64,000 nucleotides of DNA from Obrimoposthia wandeli (taxonomy: Eukaryota): the NCBI GenBank assembly GCA_977020255.1, contig CDROCS010006010.1:1-64000 (forward strand). The letters are read 5' to 3'. Of this stretch, positions 59,101 through 64,000 are shown in pieces. A model generated the notes under the pieces. It had not been told where the DNA came from. It saw nothing but the letters and a program-made list of their open reading frames with translations, and made no database searches. A program made the translations under genes and the position numbers. Numbering within the stretch: position 1 is the stretch's first letter; the number at the start of each line of letters is the position of its first letter.

Positions 59101-62021
59101 TACACGTCTAAATATGTTTGATGTACAACCGTTGATCCCTTTAGATTTACTCCCTTTGCTTTATTATTTTCAACGTCATCTTCAAACTTAAGTGAATAAC
59201 ATTTACAAAGTAAGAAAATCTATTCTTTATACATTCTTCATTCCGATTCATCTTTAAATAATCCTATTTTACTATTAAATTCATCAGAATATAATGGATC
59301 ATTCACATTATAATTTGACGTATCTAATGCTCCATCTGCAATCATTTGAGGCAACAACTGATTTCTTAAATTAACACCTTTGCATTCTAAAAAGAATGAA
59401 TCAGTATATCCGGCAACTTTATAAATTGAACAATTAAATAGTGATCTATAATTTTGTAAATCATGATACTGAAGAGTATACATTCGTAATGTTTTGGATT
59501 CTATTGATGGAAAGAAAATTAATTTAGTGAAACGAATGTTTCCAAATTTGAGAATTGTGAATTATAATAAAAGTTTCAAAAATTTATAGAAAATTCCAAA
59601 AAATATTCGATGTCCGTTGAGAAAAAAGGAACACATTGTGCTTATTTGAAAGGTTTTTCTCTATGTATTAATTATATAAATTGTATATAAATATATTCAT
59701 TAATGATATTTTAGTTTGATTTTTTATATATAATTTAAATTATTTAAAGAAATTTTACCATAATTCTTTAGATGCATAAGACTGGGAAAAAAATGTGATC
59801 TAAATTTTCACATATAATAGTGTGTGTATTATTACGTAATACATTATTTAACTCATAAGTGTACTTTAACTTTTACATAGAATAATTGATTGATTACTGT
59901 ATGATTCCTTAACTTATGCCAAATCTGACCTTTACCTTGTGAACGACCATAACATTTTTGCATAATTAAACTCGTAATATGTTGACAAATGTACTTAAAA
60001 CTATGAAATTCCAACTTTTTTTAACCCTTCATCTATGGACGACCATATCTTTATGGATGAATTCGCCTTCTAAAGATGATTCCAACCATGTAATAAAACC
60101 TTGATATTTTAAACTTGATTTTGTCTTTAGCTCCACTCTTTGATTTATGAACGACCATACCTTTATTGATGAATTCGCCTTCTAAAGATGATTCCAACCA
60201 TGTACTAAACCTTGATATTTTAAACTTGATTTTGTCTTTAGCCCGACCCTTTGATTTATGGACGACCATGACCCTTTAGATGTGATGGCCAACCATAGTT
60301 GACCTCAATTATACCTTCAAGTCAAAACTGAACCCGACCCTTTGAATTATGGATGATCACAATCCTTGGATATGTTGGTTGACCATAAGAAGGATGGAGA
60401 CTAGATCACTTGACACCTCCCCCTATCATAACCTTTCTGAGCCAGACCCTTATGTTGTGGCAAGACCCTCTTATGGTGATGCAACATATACCCTTGTGGT
60501 GTGACACCCTTTAACATTGTATGCGCACACAGGGTGAAGGCTAGTCATCTAGACTCCATCCTTCTACCTACTTAATATGTTTGCAAGTTTACTCATTATT
60601 GCATTTGCTTGTTCTCAGTATATAAAATTGTTTGTATTTTATGGCATTATTTTTATATCACTGAAAGCACTAATTAAGTCAGTTACTGTGACCAAAGTTT
60701 CCTTTCTCGTGTTTTTATTTAAAATATCATCTTTCACATTGTCTTCTTCTACTATTACTTCAATATCCTGATCCTTTCGTTTATCGTTTAAAAAGTTATA
60801 AGATTTAAAATATGCTTTTAGCAAATTCTTTCCCGTCAGATTTAGTAGGTTTAGGTAGCGTGGGTCCATAAAAGCCGCGGCCATAGCAGATGCACAATGC
60901 TGATTTTCTCTTTTTTCCATAATTTTGCACTATAGAAGACATTTTTAAAATATATTTTGCATTTAATGTACTTTTCATATTGGTCTTTGATCCTCGTTAC
61001 AAATTCACTTGTTTCGGCTTTACTGCCTATGTTTTCGATATCTTTACGTGACCATTTTGGGACGAATTTAGCAATCAATTTCAGGACAGTCTGACAAGAA
61101 TTATTCTATCTCCAAACTGTACTTTAGGCCCACACACTAAAAATACCGCTTTTTGACCAGTTTGTTTTCTGAATACCTCATCATCGATAGCACAAGAGGT
61201 CAAGGTAAATATGTTTAGTCAAGACCAGAAATATATCTGCAGGCTCGAAAGATTGATTGGTCGACATTCGCATTACCATTGTTGAAACAAAAGCTGCATT
61301 CCCTCAGAAAAGACTCAGAGATATTTGAAACATTGGACGAGGGATGTTGACAATTTTGCTGGATTGTTTGAGCCTCCTGCATACGCTTTCCTGGAGCTCT
61401 TCTATAAACATGATCTCTCATCTCACTCCATAAGAAGAAATCGCAAACAAACATGTTGGAAGAGCCTGATGAGCATACTAAAGGTCCATATAATTTTGTA
61501 ATATATACAGGTATATGTAAGCAAATAAGCATTGTGCAGCGTGAAGTGATTGGGAAGCAGTGTATCGCTCACCGTACTGATTGGTCCTGTTTTGAAACAC
61601 CAATTCGTCACCGTATCCCCAGCCATTCTGAGCTTGGATATGGATGTTGTAGACGGTGTAGGGCTTGATCCCGGTGTAGTTGCTGGTCATAGACAGTGGC
61701 TGGATTGTGGTGCGGGAGGAGGGGAACACAGTGAGGCAGCTGCGGTGGGCTGCGCTGCCGCCATTGCCGTCAATCTGCAGGCACGGAAGAGCACAGATAA
61801 AGCGGCTGAGGTCACTGGCAGAGAGTCAGAGCTTACCTTGTTAGGGCAGTCGGAACACGTCACTCTCCAGACAGCGATGCAAGTGGAGTCGTCTTGACTC
61901 TTGAGCACCACATTGTACTTCCACACCGACCCATTGGAGACAATCGGCGCGCTCCACTGCACCTCCAAATTGGCATTCGGGAATTCGCTGCGCATATGTT
62001 CACTTGTCGGTCTTCCACTCC
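38331..62021 (-). CDS. Host type I membrane protein (5'-partial, about 1,610 aa visible): Cys-insert FN3 domains, two RPTP-type juxtamembrane domains, TM helix, acidic repeat tail, no PTP domain
   Basis: Exons 62021-61837, 61774-61573, 56165-55987, 54334-54112, 50672-50398, 50350-50139, 48136-48078, 48016-47763, 46868-46645, 43653-43583, 43521-43419, 41184-38331. All 11 junctions are phase-compatible and stop-free (10 GT-AG, 1 GC-AG). Confidence 0.85.
41360..43410. repeat. 22-bp intronic satellite, expanded to about 2 kb (about 90 units)
   Basis: Same unit as 26760-27170, with higher-order variants. Confidence 0.95.
43419..43521 (-). CDS. Transmembrane exon of the host receptor
   Basis: WTIVGCVLGIFFGLCLIGGGVALWINRKKLRTR; hydrophobic stretch followed by a basic stop-transfer cluster. 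Confidence 0.88.
43583..43653 (-). CDS. Juxtamembrane exon
   Basis: (R)TAFRAYSPNGF completes the YYCNGPLKSNTKYR domain from 46645-46868. Confidence 0.85.
45040..45860 (-). pseudogene. Ty3/Gypsy-type integrase remnant in a host intron
   Basis: Zn-finger-like DVRDICDICQQ, DGYKCCVLAVDYFTK, IVCRHSC...INDHGGEF, ERNNR. The duplication endpoint 45545 lies inside it. Confidence 0.75.
46645..46868 (-). CDS. Host exon, second juxtamembrane domain (missed by the ORF track)
   Basis: cccag|DYSSCKGATSDCIYEIRV...LFTLGKEDGCEYKGYYCNGPLKSNTKYR|gtgag. Confidence 0.9.
47763..48136 (-). CDS. Two host exons (48136-48078, 48016-47763) separated by a 61-nt intron
   Basis: IGLRAYTNEGF...|ETTFPIPLAP...LKLSLFDDQFDLVKNFTVVVSVGG...; consensus splice sites. 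Confidence 0.85.
49030..50050 (+). mobile_element. Maverick fragment in a host intron: disrupted X1 gene, X2-like gene and subterminal motif
   Basis: EDLEMFEESDKDMYEEVKQYFKYKVRFLKKAQL (X1), VENKYF..IDQFKYIL..DHSLA (X2), and a GTGAAATTCATACAC...CCATACACACAT motif like those at about 9760 and 23870. Confidence 0.8.
50139..50672 (-). CDS. Two host exons (50672-50398, 50350-50139) separated by a 47-nt intron; first juxtamembrane domain
   Basis: ...LPLTKFRDQPNITFFTMVVSIGG...YFDK|TWAFC...FLIGRGTDDCGRDARYCNGAMKEGSAYR|gtaag. Confidence 0.85.
54112..54334 (-). CDS. Host exon, C-terminal half of an FN3 domain
   Basis: IKKSTNYVLEVQARNGWGYG (FN3 L.P.T.Y.V.V.A.N..G.G type). Confidence 0.88.
54445..54990. 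repeat. 39-bp intronic minisatellite, about 14 units
   Basis: GAGGCTCATCTGCAGCGTACTCAAGATAATCAGACT(AT/TC)C. Confidence 0.95.
55987..56165 (-). CDS. Host exon, N-terminal half of an FN3 domain
   Basis: LVLWSSPVPENGPVSEYRVTL...CVVEWTLVCADC|gtgagt. Confidence 0.9.
58923..59483 (-). pseudogene. pPolB C-terminal remnant inside the mini-Maverick
   Basis: GYTDSFF, LLPQMIADGALDTSNY, IGLFKDE, KAKGV, SSDDKRYW. Confidence 0.85.
59485..59690 (+). pseudogene. C-terminal remnant of the DEDD-like/Cys-His accessory gene
   Basis: VLDSIDGKK..VKRMFPNLR...KIPKNIRCPLR..HCAYLK aligns with VLDEINGKK..KNYFPKLR...KIPGNICCPYR..HCAYKK. Confidence 0.7.
61215..61532 (-). pseudogene. Tc1/mariner-superfamily transposase C-terminal remnant
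   Basis: CDFFLWSEMRDHVY...FLRECSFCFNNGN resembles (SPDLxP)xDFFLWGxLKxxVY...RxxxCxxxxG. Confidence 0.6.
61573..62021 (-). CDS. Two host exons (62021-61837, 61774-61573) forming one FN3 domain, 62-nt intron
   Basis: LEVQWSAPIVSNGSVWKYNV...TCSDCPNK|IDGN...GIKPYTVYNIHIQAQNGWGYG. Confidence 0.9.
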
Positions 62022-62399
62022 CTGGAACATGGAGATCAGTTGAGAATGTCCAACAATTGTCAGTAGCACTACACAACGTAGCATAAGAAAGTGGATGTAT
62101 TTTACAACTTTATGGCAGACGAAATCAAGGACATGCAAAAATGATCATATACCAACTTTTCTACCTTTATCTGAAAAAATTATTGAAATAATATTACCGG
62201 TTGTTGTTAAGATAGTAAATAATTTTGGGTGAATTCCCTAAAAGTGAAAAATGCGCATTAATTAATCTATAAAATGTTAGATTTATTTCTTATATCTTAT
62301 TTCTATCGAAAGTTCTTGAAAACTTCTTTTTGATACAGTTAAGTAGTTATTTAGAAATAAACAATTTACTCTCTTTTTACAAAACCACTTATAGAAGTT

Positions 62400-63200
62400 A
62401 TCAATCAATTAAAACAGCATTGATTAGCTTAAAATCTTTTGTATTAAAATATTTAAATATTGGAAAAAAGTACCAATGATACTTCTCGATTTATTTTCAG
62501 CATTTGACACTGTTACTCCTGAAATATTATTAAAATATTTGGAAATGCTTGAAATCGATGAAAAGGAACCAAATTATTTTAACAGTTATTTACTTCTTTA
62601 CCATTATGTTATAATTGAGGACACTGTCTGATCCTGAATACTTACAATGGTGTTACATCAGTGGTCGATTTTTGATCCAATCCAATTCTCTAGTTATACT
62701 TCATCAATTATAGCGATTATTAAGAAACATAATATTCATTTTTATTCTAATGACTGAATTCACATTTAATAAAATGTAAAAGCTTAAAATGAAATATAAA
62801 TGAAATCAAGACAAAAAAAAATGAATGGAAATTAAACTGTGGCCAAATAATTTGGATCTAAGAATTACATATTCCGTATAAAAGAAAAATAAATTTCATA
62901 CGTTACATTAATTAAAGAATAAAATAAAGAACATTGTTTGCGTCGTGAATAAAAATTTTACCAGGAATTGTTAAATTAATAAAGTTATAAGAACATCCAA
63001 TAGTCATGTCAAAAAATGTATCTAAAAAGAAAATACTTTAGTACTGAGATAACTACAATGTTGACTCATGCAATTACTACACCAAGACTTTTCCATTAAA
63101 TCGATTGTAATAAAATTTAAACATAAATCAGATTTATATTCAAATTAAAGAAACGTGTTAGTACAAGTGAAGTTTCATTGGTTACAGATCAATGTCATAA
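62400..63200 (+). pseudogene. Non-LTR (CR1/L2/Jockey-like) reverse transcriptase remnant
   Basis: FSAFDTVTPEILLKYL...FNSYL...SIFDPIQFSSY...FYSND resembles AFDTV.H.ILL.KL / F.SYL / GSILGP.LF..Y / YADD; heavily decayed. Confidence 0.65.
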
Positions 63201-64000
63201 TTTAATTGAAAATATTACTTATTATCAAAAGCCCAAATGCTCATATGATCTTCTCGGGTCTGGAGCGGTGAGCATGTTTGAACATAAGAGTAACGATATT
63301 GACTGCAGATTGTTAAAGAAATTCTCAAATAACAGAGTGATAAACTAATTTTAATTTATGCTCTGAATCTGCACAACAATTTACTAAGAAATATAAGAAA
63401 TTGAATCGCTGGGGAAAATTTAAAGCAGCAGCTGAAAAATTTGCTATTCAAAAAAATTACGAAGAATAATGAAAACCAGGAAGCGCATTTGAGTAATAAA
63501 TTATATATTTATTAGATATTAGTGCTATATTAAATATATTAGTGTTATTGATCATGCTGTTTGTGTTATAAACACGCAATCCATTACCAAATATTTCCCA
63601 TAGGAAATATATTTGTAAAAGTATTCTTTTATCTTAATTTTTTGTATAAAAAAATTAGCTTTGTTTTAAGGGTATCTGTATTAAAAAATAAATCTTTAAA
63701 ATATATTTTGCATCTTATAAATTATTTGTATTTGTTTATAATCCTCATTTGCGTTTTACCCTTTATGTTTTCTTAATTTTTACGTGACACTATTTTCAGA
63801 AAGTATTAAAAAATCAATTTTGAGGACAGCCAGACAAAATTTCTTCAATCATCAAACTCTACTTTACGCTTACATTCTTGAAATAATTTGCTATGACACA
63901 CAACCTTTCCTTCAAAATATGGGATGTTTTCATAGTATATTTTATTTGTATCCTGACATTATAAAAATGCATTCGTCAATATGTATTTATTTTTATATTT

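Larger units (their letters stand above)
58172..60572. mobile_element. Internally deleted mini-Maverick (2,401 bp) with long TIRs
   Basis: Termini AGTAGGTAGAAGGATGGAGTCTAGA / TCTAGACTCCATCCTTCTACCTACT. TIRs at about 58172-58855 and 59750-60572. TSD TACTAT/TAATAT (5 of 6 match). Interior holds PolB and accessory-gene ends. Confidence 0.92.
58040..61150 (-). pseudogene. hAT-superfamily transposase remnant interrupted by the mini-Maverick
   Basis: AAAFMDPRY (60850 region). Removing 58172-60572 and one TSD copy restores Y*EQANAIMSKLANIVLAAPASQVSAERFFSMLK, the hAT C-terminal dimerisation motif. Confidence 0.8.

Overview
AT-rich eukaryotic DNA, probably an invertebrate animal with short spliceosomal introns. 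No rRNA, tRNA or CRISPR array was recognised. Two layers dominate. (1) A nest of Maverick/Polinton (adintovirus-like) endogenous dsDNA viruses. A 12.4-kb element (9683-22113) has AGTAGGT termini and a perfect 6-bp TSD (AGCTTC). It carries packaging ATPase, rve-integrase with chromodomain, penton, pX/pVI-like proteins, major capsid, adenain protease, a PolB remnant, a TBP-like gene and an AT-hook gene, several split by 38-42 nt introns. It is inserted inside the ATPase gene of an older, oppositely oriented Maverick. There are also further PolB and accessory-gene relics, and a 2.4-kb TIR-bounded mini-Maverick (58172-60572) inside a hAT transposase remnant. (2) A minus-strand host gene rebuilt from 12 phase-compatible exons (62021 to 38331). 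It encodes Cys-containing FN3 domains, two RPTP-type juxtamembrane (CNGxxK) domains, one TM helix and a ~950-aa acidic tail of 22-aa repeats, with no phosphatase domain. A tandem duplication (14975-29308 / 29309-45545) copied half of the Maverick plus the last three exons of this gene, leaving a second open TM+tail cassette. Gypsy integrase, Tc1/mariner and LINE RT remnants are also present. Most viral genes are disrupted. All homology calls come from motifs recognised by eye; no database search was run, and identities are approximate.
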